NCBI RefSeq assembly: GCF_000315625.1
Contig: NW_005434663.1
Coordinates: forward strand, 525,882 to 589,881
Length of the DNA stretch: 64,000 nt
Source of the DNA: Guillardia theta CCMP2712
Taxonomy: Eukaryota > Protista > Cryptophyta
Reading direction: 5' to 3'
In this document: positions 11,501 through 24,020 of the stretch, in pieces
Layout: every line of letters begins with the position of its first letter
How positions within the stretch are numbered: the stretch's first letter is position 1
The notes under the pieces: model-generated
Seen by the model: the letters and a program-made list of their open reading frames with translations, nothing else
What the model was told of the DNA's origin: nothing
Database searches by the model: none
Made by a program: the position numbers and the translations under genes

Positions 11501-11910
11501 TCAGCGAATGACAGGGTCCCACTGGCATTCGTATCCAGGTTGGCAAACTCAGTTCTAAACTTGTTGCAGTTTAGCTCTGGGTCAAACGAGAACGAGATTG
11601 GTGCGTTTCTTGGATAATTCAGAGTCCATACGCAGAACCTGCAGCAGAAGTAGTAGTTCTTGATGTACTCCAATCCCGGAACATACTTGCTCGGTGGATT
11701 TGTAGCTGTCCACCACAGGTCTGCAGGTAACTGGGTCCTGAAGAAATCGGCATCATTTGTAGCGCAGGAGAACGATTCTTGAGATGTGATGGGTGCTTGG
11801 CATGAGCTAGAACACTCTCTCAAGAGCAGAATGGACACCAGACACATCAACTTCGCCTTCGCCTTCATGTTCCATATGTTCTTCATCTTCATCTTCATCT
11901 TCATCTTCAT
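8528..11910 (-). CDS. Ionotropic glutamate receptor-like channel with a K+ channel pore (GluR0/AvGluR1 type) and N-terminal EF-hands
   Basis: Signal peptide; six EF-hand loops; S1 (NNPPFVEV...KGYTIDVIKEIA); M1; pore GLWYTAVTVTTVGYGDKVP; M3; S2 (IQDVSGLVGVDICVLERT); M4. ORFs 11209-11916 and 9044-11221 join through a short intron starting near 11263. The 3' exons down to about 8528 are inferred. Confidence 0.85.
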
Positions 11911-11959
11911 GTCCACGTTCGTCGCCGTCCGCCTACACCGCTCTTACTGTTTGCACCAT

Positions 11960-12300
11960 GGCTGTAGACCACCCCAACAATATCATCAAAGCAACTACCC
12001 TACCCCTCTTAAAATGGGACCCCACCCTACCGAATGTCGGAAGATTCCCACAAGATGGAGTTACCTACTACCCCCACCTCAACCCTCAATGGAAATTGAC
12101 CACCCCAAACATCCCACCCACTACCATCCACACAAAAGTCATATCCTGGACACTATTACCCTAACCCCTTTTTCCTAACAGTCGCTACCCTGACTACCCC
12201 ACAGATACGTACTGACCTACCAGGGAAAATTGGTGCAAGTTATGGTCAATATGACCGGTACTCTGCTTTACTGAGCCCACCCTCACCCCAGCCTTTCGGA
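11960..12300. promoter_or_regulatory. ACCCC/TACCC-motif array (GGGGT on the - strand) in a divergent promoter
   Basis: More than 10 CACCCC/TACCC/CTACCCC motifs between the channel gene and the FANCC-like gene, followed by a GA-rich tract. Confidence 0.55.
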
Positions 12301-12652
12301 TCAGAAGTCGCTTCTAAATGTGAGTAAAATATCATGAGGGCAGCGAAATTCAGACTAGGACAACAAGGAAGCAAGATGGGGGCAAGAGCGATCGGAGGCA
12401 TGGCAATGGCAGGGAGCGGGGAAATGGGAATGCTGGGAGGAGATACGGAGAGACGGGAGCGAGAAGGAGGATGATTGTAGCGTTTCCCTTCATAGATGCA
12501 GAAAGGAATTTGTTTGTGATGCTCGACGGCGGCACATTCCACCCATCATGCTCATTTACCAACGATTGCAGCCTCTTGTGCCTGCGTTTCCACCTGCGGC
12601 TGTTCTCACTTGATAGATGACAACCAGGACGAGGGTTTGAACATCATCACAT

Positions 12653-14663
12653 ATGGCAGCTAATCGAGACGTAGAGAAATTTGCCGCAACGAGTGAACAG
12701 TGGGGTTGGAGGAGGAATGCTGGGAGAAAAGAAGCGGCACGGTCAGGAGGGGCATGTAAAGCAGCAGCGTCTACGGGAGCTGCCCATCAGGATGCAGCAT
12801 ATCCTTGCCTTGACCCTCTACTACAGTCCGAAGAATTGCACAGGTGTCTTCGAGAGCTTGTGGAGCATTGGAAGAGAAGCAGCATAGACGAGGCCGTCAG
12901 CAGCAACCCCGAAGCCACGAAGCTGCTGGCAAGGCTCGTCCGACTGGAGCATGTCGTGCTGTCTCCTTGTGGGCAGGACATCGTCCGCTTGTTCGTGAGA
13001 CTCATGACCACCCTGCGGAGTCCTGATGAGCGAGGTGAGGGCATGAAAGCTGACGGCGGGCCGCGGAGGCAGGGCAGCGAGGCGCTGGATGCCAAGATGG
13101 AGGCGATGAAGATTCGTTCGGAAGCCTTCGCGTGCGAGCGTCTCCATGCTGCAATAAGGGGTGTGAAGCATGATTCCCTGCATCCCTTGTTCGATTCGCA
13201 GATGGGGTCGCTCTCAGCAGTTGAGGAGCTGCTGTTCGACCAGGGGTTCAGCCAGGAGGAGATGCAGGAGACGATTCGGGAGGAAGCGCTTGCGTCGCTC
13301 ACGCACTATGTTGACATCATCGACGACGAGGACTCTTGTTACCTCCTCCGGCATCTTGGTGTCATTCTTCTGCATTCATCGAGATGCCCTCTGGCCGACG
13401 TGCTGGGCGATATCGGTGAAAAGATGCTGAGGAAGGGATACACCAACCGCAGGGGCGAAGAGGATGGTGAGGAATCGAAGTCGATTGTGTTCATCCTCGA
13501 ATCAGCAGGCTGTGTGACTGGAGAGCTCGAGGTCTTCCTCCTTGCTAACGACAGCTACTACCTCTGGAAAAAGATCTCAAGCCTACAGGAGACGCTCTTC
13601 TCCACGAGCTTCAAGTCAGACACGGAAATACGCGCTTTACTCCATCCCCTCTGCGAGGCTGCGCTTCAGAGCCCGTGGGTGCTGAAAGAGCTTCTCAGCG
13701 TCTTTGATGCTTCGCTGCTTGCGATTCGAAGGCAAGACTACAACATCCATAGGATTCTGCTGGCTGTCCGCCAAGGCCTCGTTGAAGCATTAGGAAAGAT
13801 CTCTCAGGACGATTCTTTGCACTGGTTCCACTTGTACCCTCGTAGATCAAGTGCTGTCCTGCAATACTTCCATCGCAGGAATCTGTTCATGTTCGACAAG
13901 GCGCTGATTGGAAACGCGATGGAGGAGCGGGATGTGAGGTTTCTCAAGCAACTTGTGTTCTTCGACACGGCCTTGGACGATCGCCTCTCGCTGTGGGTGA
14001 CTTGCAACCACGTCCCAGAGATGAACGAGCAACTTTTGTCCTTCGTCCTCGGACCTCAGGAAGCGAGCCTGCTGGAGGATGCGATGAGACTGTACGCCTG
14101 GCTGATTGACCCGCTGCGATCTTTCGATGCGAACATGCACAGAGGTACCTTGCATGCTGTTAGAGACCCCTTGGGGTGACTTGAACGCAGCCTTCGTCCA
14201 GTGCAGGCAACTTTGGTTTCGTCTACTCGGCTTGCAGACGAGAGAGGAGATTCTGGCGTCCCATCTACTGGAGCAAGTGGCTGATGCGATCTTCGAGGAG
14301 CCTGAGGTAGCATGCGCCTACTTCATGCACTGCATCCTTTCGACGAAAGCAGGAGACTCCAGCTCGAGCTCAGGCGGCCGGGGGTCCCTCATGTCACTCA
14401 TGTGTGTCCTCCTCTACATCAGGGGAGGTCAAGGCCTGCAGGACATGGATGCTCACACCCTGCGCGTCATCGGAGGATGGGAGGTTGTTGAAGCCCTCGA
14501 GCGGACAGTGAAGGCTAAAGGTCTGCGGTTTCCCCTACAAGCAGCCATGAGGAGCCTGATGGGGAAGTCGCCATGTGAAGGGGTAGAAGAGCTTGAGACG
14601 GGTAGGGGCGTCTTGACAAGCTTGCTGTCAAAGACCTGGGAGGAGGCAACGACGAGGTCTTGA
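12653..14663 (+). CDS. FANCC: Fanconi anemia group C (FANCC)-like helical protein
   Basis: ORF 12653-14179 splices through intron 14144-14190 into the 14106-14663 frame. Collinear blocks resemble human FANCC as recalled: LRELVEHWK..NPEATKLLAR vs LRKMYEALK..FPTIGQLLAK, and QGLVEALGKIS vs QCFVEALEKAS. Confidence 0.6.
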
Positions 14664-14738
14664 TGTTTCATGTAGACTTTTTTGACATCTACGGATTAGA
14701 TATCTTGTGACATGTTATCTTCATGCTTGGAATGAATG

Positions 14739-14896
14739 TCAGACATCTGAGGCACCGTCATTGCTGATACCTGACTGCATCCCCGTCCCCTTCTGCTTCC
14801 GTAGGGTCTCTCGCTCACACTGCAGCAAAGCTTCCAGCTAAAATTCCAGAGTCAAAATCACCCAGAGGGTTGGGAATGATACAGGAAGACAGAAAA

Positions 14897-14934
<38 letters not shown>

Positions 14935-17729
14935 CCTTCTCAAAGTTGGCAAGCTTGTATTTCAGTTTCTCAAGCTGCCTTTTTAGAATTTCGCTGACCA
15001 ATCGCTGGATTTCCTTTTCTTCAGTAAGTGCCTTGGACCTGTATAGATGTTAAGTCAGTCGCCTATTTGTCTGATCTCAGACTTCACCTTGCTTTGAGAG
15101 AAGCTGCAGCTAGAGCCGTGATATTTTCAGCTCGCTGATGCAAGTCTCCGCTCTGTTCAGCTACTCGAGCGATCATGACAACAAAGAGAACGGTAGAATC
15201 AGGAGAGGGAGTGAGAAGAACGAGGAGTAGAACGAGATCGAGGATGGTTACCTGAATCCTTGCTTCCTTCTGCTCTATTCGACGATGCATGGGCATCGGG
15301 AGGGATCTGCGGTGACTCCGCCTGCAGAGAGTTCGACCAGGAGCGAGACAGGAGACCTCCTTCATACCTTGAGCAGGACCTGCAGCGCCGCCTCCGTGGC
15401 GTTGTTCGCTACCTCAGGGCTGATGCTCTGGCAGAGGAAGGCTACTTGCGCCATGACCTGACTTGCCTCTCTGATGTTCTTCTTGTCGTTCGATGTATCC
15501 GAACTGGACGCCTATCGCCAACGGTCAACAACAGCCTGTGGCAATTTTACAGGAGAGCTACTTGTTCCTCAAGGAATCGATCCTCAATGGGAAGGCGCAG
15601 GAAGTGCAAGATACACTGAAGGATAGTCAGAAGCGGGAGGATCATTCAACTAGAGACTCGCACCTGCTCTTTTGTCTTCGTCTCCACATGGCTGGCGACT
15701 TGCCTCCAATCCTCACCAAACTGCTCGATCCCCTCGAGAAGCCTCAGAGTCTCAGTCTCCGTCCAATCGCTCATGGCATAAAGTTCCTCGTCATTTTGGC
15801 TCTCAGTCACGCGCACGAAATCCGCTGAGGTGAGGCCGGTGGGGAATTTCTGAGAAAAATAAGCGCTCGGCGAGATGACCAGGTCTGGTTTGGAGATGCA
15901 ATGAAATCTTTCACGAGTACATTCCTCGCCGGTGATCGCACAGCGAATCTGTGGCTGACGAGCAGTGAGCAACACTGCGTAAGAGAGCACACGTAGTCAA
16001 TCACCTTCTCCCCCTGATTAGCTTCTTTCGCAGGAGTAGCATAGATGTTGGCATGGGTTCCCAGCTGCGGAGCAGGAGCATTCGGAAGGCCTTGAGAGCT
16101 AGAATCCATTTTCTAAGAGCAATCAAAATCACCACAGGAGAAGCAAAAGGTATTCAGCTGAACTCTCACCTCCTTCGGAACCAGTGATCCATCCGGCATC
16201 GCAACGAGGATGGGATGACCGGAAGTATCCATTGGGCCCACGGCCACCGGGCGATCATTCAGCGAGATGTTGTAGTTGATCAATCCCCAATGCTCCAAGA
16301 AAGCATGCAGACGCATCACTGCACACACGTCTATCGCCAAATGGCGCCTGCATTCCGTTGCTGTGATGTATTTGCTCGGACATTCTCTGTACAAGTTGAT
16401 AATGAGGTCCCTCGCCTCCACGTAATTCTTGGGTGTCTTAGAGCCAGATTGACTTGCAAACCATTCTGGCAAAGCTTTTCTCTCGATTGGATGAATCTGT
16501 GACCAGGCAAAAATATGTAAGATCAAATCTAACTTTCAGAAGAACCTTACCTGCTCCATCTTGAACCATGACGCGTAGCTCGGCACAAGCACCACAGCAC
16601 CTGTAGGCTCTCTAGCAGGTATAGGCTCAGGCTTGTTGGTGTAGTTGGAGTACATTCTTGATTGCCCGATAAAGCTCTCAAGACTCATCTGTGCTCGTGT
16701 TGCACCGGTTTGCAACTTTCCGAGTGACATTGGGGCGGGCTTGAAAACGGCCGAAGGTGCAGCAACTTGGGAAGTCTCTTCTGGAGAAATCTCCTGCTGC
16801 TTATCTTCACGTTTGGAAGCCTTAGAGCCCTTCGTGTCTCTTTTCCTCTTGGATCCTACTTCACTCGTCGCACTTGGGTCCTCCTGGGCCTCCTCGTCGT
16901 TGGTCAAGATATAGTCTTCTTCATTCATCCATTCGTTGAACTTGTCCAGGTCTCGCAAGAACCTTGCTGTTATCTTCCATACCAGAGGAGTGGGTATCGG
17001 GGGCTCAGGGTCCCCTTGAATCTCAACAGATGGCTTCCACTCCTGATAGCTGTCGGGGAAATACCACCAGTGGACTTTGCTCATGTGATCTTGAGAGTCA
17101 ATGGTCCTGCAGTAGTCTGCGTCGGCCTCGTCCTGCTGTTCGTCTGGAAACACTTCGTGTGTCGCCTGTTCTCGACGTGTAACGATTGCTCCCTTGTGAC
17201 TCAACACAATCTCATTCAGCTCTGCAAGTTGTGCTCGCGGCATGGACAGCGAGAAAAGAATTTTCGGTCGACGAAGAATCCCAGCATTCAGCAGCGAGCT
17301 CTCTATTCTTACAAAGAGTGCAGTATGTTCTTGCGCTTTGGCCTCGTCATTGATGAAGATATCTTCAAATGAATCACAATTCCATCCTTTCTCTTTCTTG
17401 TACCGGAAGGCAGTTGAAAGAATCGCCAACAAGCCGCCTTGCGGAACAATCTGAAAATCAGAAAACAACTTGGATGGTAACTTGGGCATCAATTTGTGGT
17501 TCTCTTTCGGTGCATTGGTCCCAAAAAGGTCATCTGATGCCTGCTCTAAGATAGCTGTCACGTAGGCAAGGTACCGGTTCTGCTCCTGGGGCTCTTTCTC
17601 AGAGAGAAACGAATCATCTAGTTCGATGAGGCAATTCTTGACGTTCTCGAATTTCGAAATGTACCAAGGTTGCTCGTATTCCTTGAATTTCTTTTTGAAA
17701 GGGCCACCAAAATGCCTGATTTCACTCAT
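14739..17729 (-). CDS. SMARCC: SWI/SNF subunit SWI3/SMARCC (N-terminal MarR-BRCT-chromo module, SWIRM, degenerate ZZ, SANT, leucine zipper)
   Basis: Chromo VHWWYFPDSY; FNEWMNEEDY; SWIRM VPSYASWF...IHPIERKALPEWF...RLHAFLEHWGLINY; SANT WTETETLRLLEGIEQFGEDWRQVASHVETKTKEQ; C-terminal ALAAASLKA. Multi-exon. Confidence 0.95.
14899..14933. repeat. (GCAG)n microsatellite in a SMARCC intron
   Basis: Read directly. Confidence 0.9.
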
Positions 17730-18913
17730 TGTCTGCTTTGAAAAGACTTATTAGCTGCCTTGTGAAATGTAAAGTAGTGTCGAATCCGATTTTCAGGAGG
17801 AAAACTCCATCGCTCTGCGGAATAGAAATAAGGCAAGTTCACAAAACAATACCTACAGCATCAAATTCACAAAGCTGCCTCGACTACCCAGACTTCACAG
17901 AGCAGCCATTTCCGAACTTGATATTTGACCAACCCATGACTATCACATTTCATGGGCAGAGACTAAAGTAGTTTCTGAACGTTCTCTCTTGTCATCATGC
18001 TTCACCTCGTCTGGCTTCACCCTGTCCCTACAACGTTCTCCGGCATTCCAGTTGCCCCTGCAGTACACCCTACCCCTACCTCCTCACCTCTACCTGCCTG
18101 CAGCATCCATTGTAGGTGAATTCTTGTCTCCAGCCGATCTAGTCTTGGTCTCAATCCTACTCATCTTGAGTTGTATATTCAATGCTCCGTCCTCTCCCTC
18201 TCCCTCTTCCCCTTCAGCCCCTCATGCGCCATGCAGCGCGGGCGATTTGGGACCGCTGTTACAGATCTGATACATCTGTTAAATACCCGAAACGTTGACT
18301 GTTGGCCACCCGGGGGCATCAAAGTGACGGGCCGGCCGGCAGGGAGTGTAACTGCCAACTGTAACAGATAGTAACGGCTGATCGTTAGGGGCATGCACCA
18401 ACGGAAACGGCCATGTTGGCGAAGAGGAGCGGAGAGGATGGTGGAGGAGCGGAAAGGAGAGATAGGAAGAGGAGGAGAGCGGGAGATATGTTATGATGTG
18501 AGACAAGTCAGGAGGAGAGAGAGAACAGGGATAACAGTTGAAGCGCTCGAAGAGAGTATGGTAGAGGTGAAACAACGTCAAATGCATGAATCGTACTGCA
18601 GGATACCTTGAAAACTTTTGCTGGCATATGCGACTTAGATGAAAGTTGAAATGAGAGAAGATAAGAAATCTAAGATAAGAAATCTTTAAGGTTCTCAACA
18701 CGAGGTTGTTGATAACAGCGAACAGAGATATTCGGCTAGTGATTAGTATGAGTGGCATGTTTCAATCCAACGCCATCAATGTCATAAGAGATTCAAGTTT
18801 AGACTTTAAAGAAATTCTCCAGCGTCATAGCAGCATCATCAACAAGAGTGTCATGATTTAACCTGTCTGGTCGGTGTGCTGACCGTATATCTATCAGATC
18901 CTTGCCTTCCAAA

Positions 18914-20466
18914 ATGGCGCAAACGGCCACAGAGAGCGGTTACGCTTTCGCGCAGCAACCCCGAGCAGTTTCAAACCGCAGGAAATTCCGCGATCCCGAG
19001 CAGACAGATGATCGGTTAGCAGTGAACATCATGTGGGACAGACGTGTCGTTCGCGGCAACACGTACTCGGCACAAGTGCTCCCCGCGGTTCGCCTTGCAA
19101 AGGGCCTCCTTTTGACCAATTTGACGCGGCTTGCAGACGGCTGTCCCCGATCCCGTGCAGCTGCAGAAGGAAGCAGAGAAGCGAAAGCTGTCCGAGCTGA
19201 AGAAGAGGCAGAAAATCAGGTCCTCACTCGCCAGACCCCGCTCCCTCTACCACCATCACCCTGATACCCTGAGCAGGCAGACAGCACGACCCACTACTCC
19301 TGATGCGGTACCTGGACGGAAGCACATGGACGTGCAGACGGAGATGTTCTTGGAGGAGATAGCTGATCGACCTGCGGAAGTCGATGCAGACACACAGACG
19401 GATCCGTTCATGGACAGGTCCTCGTCCGCTCCCATCTCCGTCGATGGACTGAGGCTTTTCCAGGCCGCCTACTCCGCTGTTCATCCCCAAGAAGACTGGA
19501 ATAGATCGTGAAACCCAGGCAGAGAATGTGTTGTGGCGACTGGATGCCTCTGACAGCAGCATGCAGATCTTCGAAGGGGAGCTGTTCGACTTTGATTTCG
19601 AAGTCGAACCAATCTTGCAAGTCATTGTCGGGAAGACGCTGGAACAGAGCTTGATGGAGGTGCTGGAGGAAGAGGAGCTGAAGAACATGCGAGCACATCA
19701 AGAAGAATTCGATCAAATCCGGGCAGCCGAGCTTGCAGAAGCTCAGGTGACTTCAGCTCGCTCCTTTCTTACGCTTCGTCCTCTTCTCACGCTCGATGCA
19801 GAGGATGGAAGCTGCGGAAGTCAGGCGTGCGGAGGAGAAGCAGAGGCGTGTGGAGCAGGAGAGGGAGAGGGTGGCGAACGAGAGGACAGTCTCAAAGAAA
19901 GTGGCAGCCAGAGGGTTTGCTCACAGATACGTGGGAGATGTGGTGTCGGAAGTGTTTGGGAACATGGAGGAAACTGGATTCTTCTACGACCCCCTGGTCA
20001 AAGAGATCGAGGACAGCTTCATGCCCTGGCTCCTTGGCGGGGTCACGTCAAGGTGATCCTCTCCTTCTCTTGCTGTCTGCCAGTGTGCTGATGGCTCCCT
20101 CGATGCTGCAGCATCAACGGAGCAAGAGAGGCTCATGAGATCCTCGAGCAAGCCGTTGTCGGGGCCCTCAAGCTGTCGGCGTCCAAGAACAAACTTATCA
20201 CTGTGAGCTGGAGTGGAACCTTGCCGTTGGCGCTGATGATTCGCAGGACAAGTACAACGAGCTCCAGGCGGAAGCAAACAAGGCTGCAGAAGAAGCGAAG
20301 GAAGCGGAGCAGCCGGAGGTGAGCGGCGGAGGGAACGCCCGCACCCTTGCATGCTGATGTTGTGAAGGAGCAGGCGGCCAATGAGGGAGAGGGAGAGGGA
20401 GAAGGAGAGGGAGAGGTGCAAGCAGAAGGAGAGCAACCTGCAGAAGGAGCTGCGGAGACGTCATAG
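18914..20466 (+). CDS. RSPH3: Flagellar radial spoke protein 3
   Basis: NIMWDRRVVRGNTY, GRKHMDVQTEMFLEEI, TQTDPFMDR, LFDFDFEVEPILQVIVGKTLEQSLMEVLEEEEL, GFFYDP. Multi-exon. Confidence 0.96.
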
Positions 20467-20785
20467 ACATTCCTTTAGTTTGCTTGTTCATGTTGGCGAT
20501 GGCAAGCTCTCCGAAACTGTATTATATCTCAAAGAGTTTGTTGGGCCACAGCCCCCACCTCCCCTGGAAGGAGACAGAAGAAGTGAAGAAGCGATTGGCA
20601 GAGTGATAGTCAAGGGTGATTCGCACGATTTCTTGAATGAAATGTCAAACATCGCACTCACACAAGTTTCAGCTTTGCATTCGCAATGTCTCAGACGTAT
20701 GTGCGTTAAACTCTAATACTATGGAACAATTTACATCAAATGCGACCGTTCGACCAAGGAGTGTGGACTTCCTCCCGCTACTCCA

Positions 20786-23700
20786 TCACACCAATCCCAA
20801 ACAAGAGTTGGGGATCGTGCAGATAACGGAACCATCTGGGATGAACGTCCCGGGAACGATGTCAAAGTTCATGTTCTGCAATTGCGTTATCGTCATTCCC
20901 ATGCGCTTCGCCACCTGCTCGGGAAGCTCGTTCGGATGCGTCTTGTACAGTACCCCCACCCTGATTGTCTGTCCCTGATAGACCAGATAGTCGGGATGCC
21001 TCAAGTCCATGTTGAAGCTCCACAACTTCATCCAGTCCGTCCCGAACATGGCCGCAAGCTCCTGCAGCTGCTGGTCTTGTTGCAGGCTGTACACGCATCT
21101 CCTCACCGTCACTCGAACGCAGCTGACCGTCATCGGCGTGGGCCCCGTGCAGGAATCAGAGTTAGTGAAGGCACGGAAGCAAATCAACGAGTCGAAGCCC
21201 CCCATGTGCAGAGGAGGAACCCAGCTGAACTGTTTGGTTGTCTGCTGGCATAATCCTACTCGTTGTTGACCCGAGGACAAGAGAGTGAGAGTTGCCTCTG
21301 GGGGAAGACCATTCTCTGGCTCCAACTGAACAGCTGATTGACAATCTTCTCCTTGAACCTGGGCCTGGAAGGTGAACTGTTTGCCAATGGTTGCGTTGAT
21401 AGTATCCAACGGGCGACCGGTGCTGTCGGAGAACTGGAGGGTCGGTGCACGGACCTGGCTGACTAGCAGCTCGAAACACTGCTGTTTCGATGCTACAGAC
21501 TGAATGGTACCAACAGCATTCGAGTGATGGTCGATGGCTTCTACACAGACGATGTGGGAGCCTTCGTCTTGGAGACACGGCCGCCAAGTTATGTAGGAGT
21601 TGGCAGGGTTTGACCCATAAGTCGGAGAGATCGTCGCCGTAGCAGGAACAGGGCTAGCAGCAAACCTCACCTGCACCACGGGGTCAAACAAGGTGAATGC
21701 AGAAACTTGACTCACCCATGTCGCAGTGCTTCCTGTCGAAGCCTGGGCATCAGTACCAATCAGTTTGACGGTAACCTGGTTTCCTGCAAACACTCTGATT
21801 CGATTCGGATATTGATCAGAAGCAGACAACGAGGTCTCTTGTTCATTGTCTCCACTGATTTGACCAATCACACGCTGTTCCGACCTTGTATCGCTCCGCT
21901 TCTTCATCAAAATTTGAAGACTCGGCATGTAATAGTTTCCAGGATAATGTGGGTCTATAATTAATCCACTCGAGTCTACCTGGATGACATTTATAACAAG
22001 ATCAATCCGAATCGAATTTCTGCCACTTGTAATTGTAGGGCTGACCGTGAAGTTGCCACTGTAATTTGTTCGAAATGTGAGTTCACCGTACCCCGAAAAC
22101 TTAACATCCGGATCGAAGAGATACATTTTGCCACTGCCATCAATTGGGCCTGTCATGACTGCGTTTGCAGTACCGGTCAAATACGCCCTTGCAGATGTTG
22201 AGGTTGGAAAGGAGGGCGATGTCTGATCCACGTTACATGGATTGGCTGAGTTGCACTGCTGGTCAAAGCTCCAAGAGGCAATCAGGGTCTTGTCAATCAG
22301 GAATGATGTGTCTCCGGCACCTCTTGTCAGTTGGCCAGTGCTAACTGAAGGGTCCCCATAGTACATGATTTTGCTCGCATCCAATGGCCTGGTCATGTAC
22401 AATCGAACCGCCGTCTCAGTTAATGCACCATTCCAAATCCGGAATTCATCCAAACTGCCAGAGAAGTATTTGCCCGTTGTAACTGCTGATCCGCCAAAAA
22501 ACAATGCATTAGGAAATTGTGGCGGTATAGCCCAAATCACAGGGTATGATTGCCCAGCTTCAAGATAGATATCCTCTGTCTTGGCATATTGCGTAAGAAA
22601 CGAAGGGCAACTCCTCTGAAAGTAGAAGTATGTGCAATAGTTGTATTTGGTTCTACTTTGAGCACTGCCGGCTGGAAACTGAATTGTTTCCAAAGTATGT
22701 CCGTCCACCATCACTCTGTAAGATAAACTATTGTCCAGAACAAACCTTGTTACGGACACATGAAACCACACGCCTACTGCCTTTGTCGCCCCACACAAGC
22801 TTCTGTCAACAAGAGCATTGCTGCAGATCGCGAATGCTTGTTCATATCTGTATTGGTTAGTTCCAATCCTGGTATAGAAATCTGGATAGAACTCTGGTGA
22901 ACCTGGAGGCAAAGAAAGGGCCAATATCATTTCATGACCAACTGTGACATGCGATTCATTCACTTGGATGTATCTGAGGTATGAATCAATTCAGAAAAAT
23001 GGAAAACAAAAACAAAGAACAAGACACGTACAATGTATTAAGAGGACATCCAGTAGGATTGGAAGACGATGTATCACAGCCCACTCGAATGATGTTTCCA
23101 CCCGTGGCGTTGGCGATGTTCAACCAAAATTCGAAAGTGGTCGCGTAATAAGTTGTTCCATCACCTGGTGTGTTTGCGAACAACGCTCCTTCAAGCGCAG
23201 TTATGAGTGGTCCAGGATTGGGCTTTGTGAGGTTGATCGTGATGTAACTCATTAGACTGGCTTGAAACTGTATGGCATTGCCCACGTCACTCGGCTGAGG
23301 ACTTGTCCACGTAACATTTCCTGGAGCAATCGCAGGCACACTGACAGATCCTTGGTATAGACCGTTAACCATACTAGCGCCCACAGTTAAGGTTGGTAGC
23401 GAGAAAGCCTGTGGGGATATCGATGACTGCTGAAGGTCAAGCTGCGCTACGATCGCCCACTCCAGGAACTGGGAGTTTGATACGTCATACGCTCTACAGC
23501 ATCCCGCTAGCTCAGCCAACCAAGGGCTCCCATCATTGTTTGGAGTGTAATACTCATGATCAGTCTGATACTCCACGATGACCCAGTCTTCTTCGATTGA
23601 GGAGGCTACAACAGTAACCTGGATTATAGTCTCGATGTACCCATCTCCATAGTAGAACACAGGAGATTCCCTCCCAACCAGCTGAAGCTTGTCTCCGAGT

Positions 23701-24020
23701 TGGGGTAGACGATCAGAACCAGATCCTCGCCAGGCATCGACACCACTTATGTTTCTGTCAAATCCCATCTGAACGGTAAAATGCACATTATTCCGATCGC
23801 TCCTCCAATGGATATTGCCATGTCGAAATGTACCTCCAATTGGATTCAAGACTGAATTCACGAGAACAATCAGTGACAGAACTGATACATCAGAAAGAAA
23901 CTCTTCACATGGCTTACCTTGTGCATCAACTCGAACGAGAAGCCCAGATAAGAAGAGAACGAGAAGGCTCAACAAGACTGGCCCGCATTGCATTTTTGAA
24001 GGAACTTCGTTCACAGCCAT
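20786..24020 (-). CDS. Large secreted protein with a LamG/concanavalin-like domain, Ig/cadherin-like domains and two C-terminal LysM domains
   Basis: Signal peptide (GPVLLSLLVLFLSGLLVRVDA); intron 23031-22974; LamG motifs WFHVSVT and FSGSLDEFRIWNGALT; LysM-like YSLQQDQQLQELAAMFGTDWMKLWSFN...GQTIRV and YKTHPNELPEQVAKRMGMTITQLQNMN...GSVIC. Confidence 0.75.

Noticed and set aside
12150-12200. CCCTAACCCC / TTAGGG-like words as interstitial telomere
   Set aside because: They are isolated, not tandem, and are better explained as members of the GGGGT promoter array
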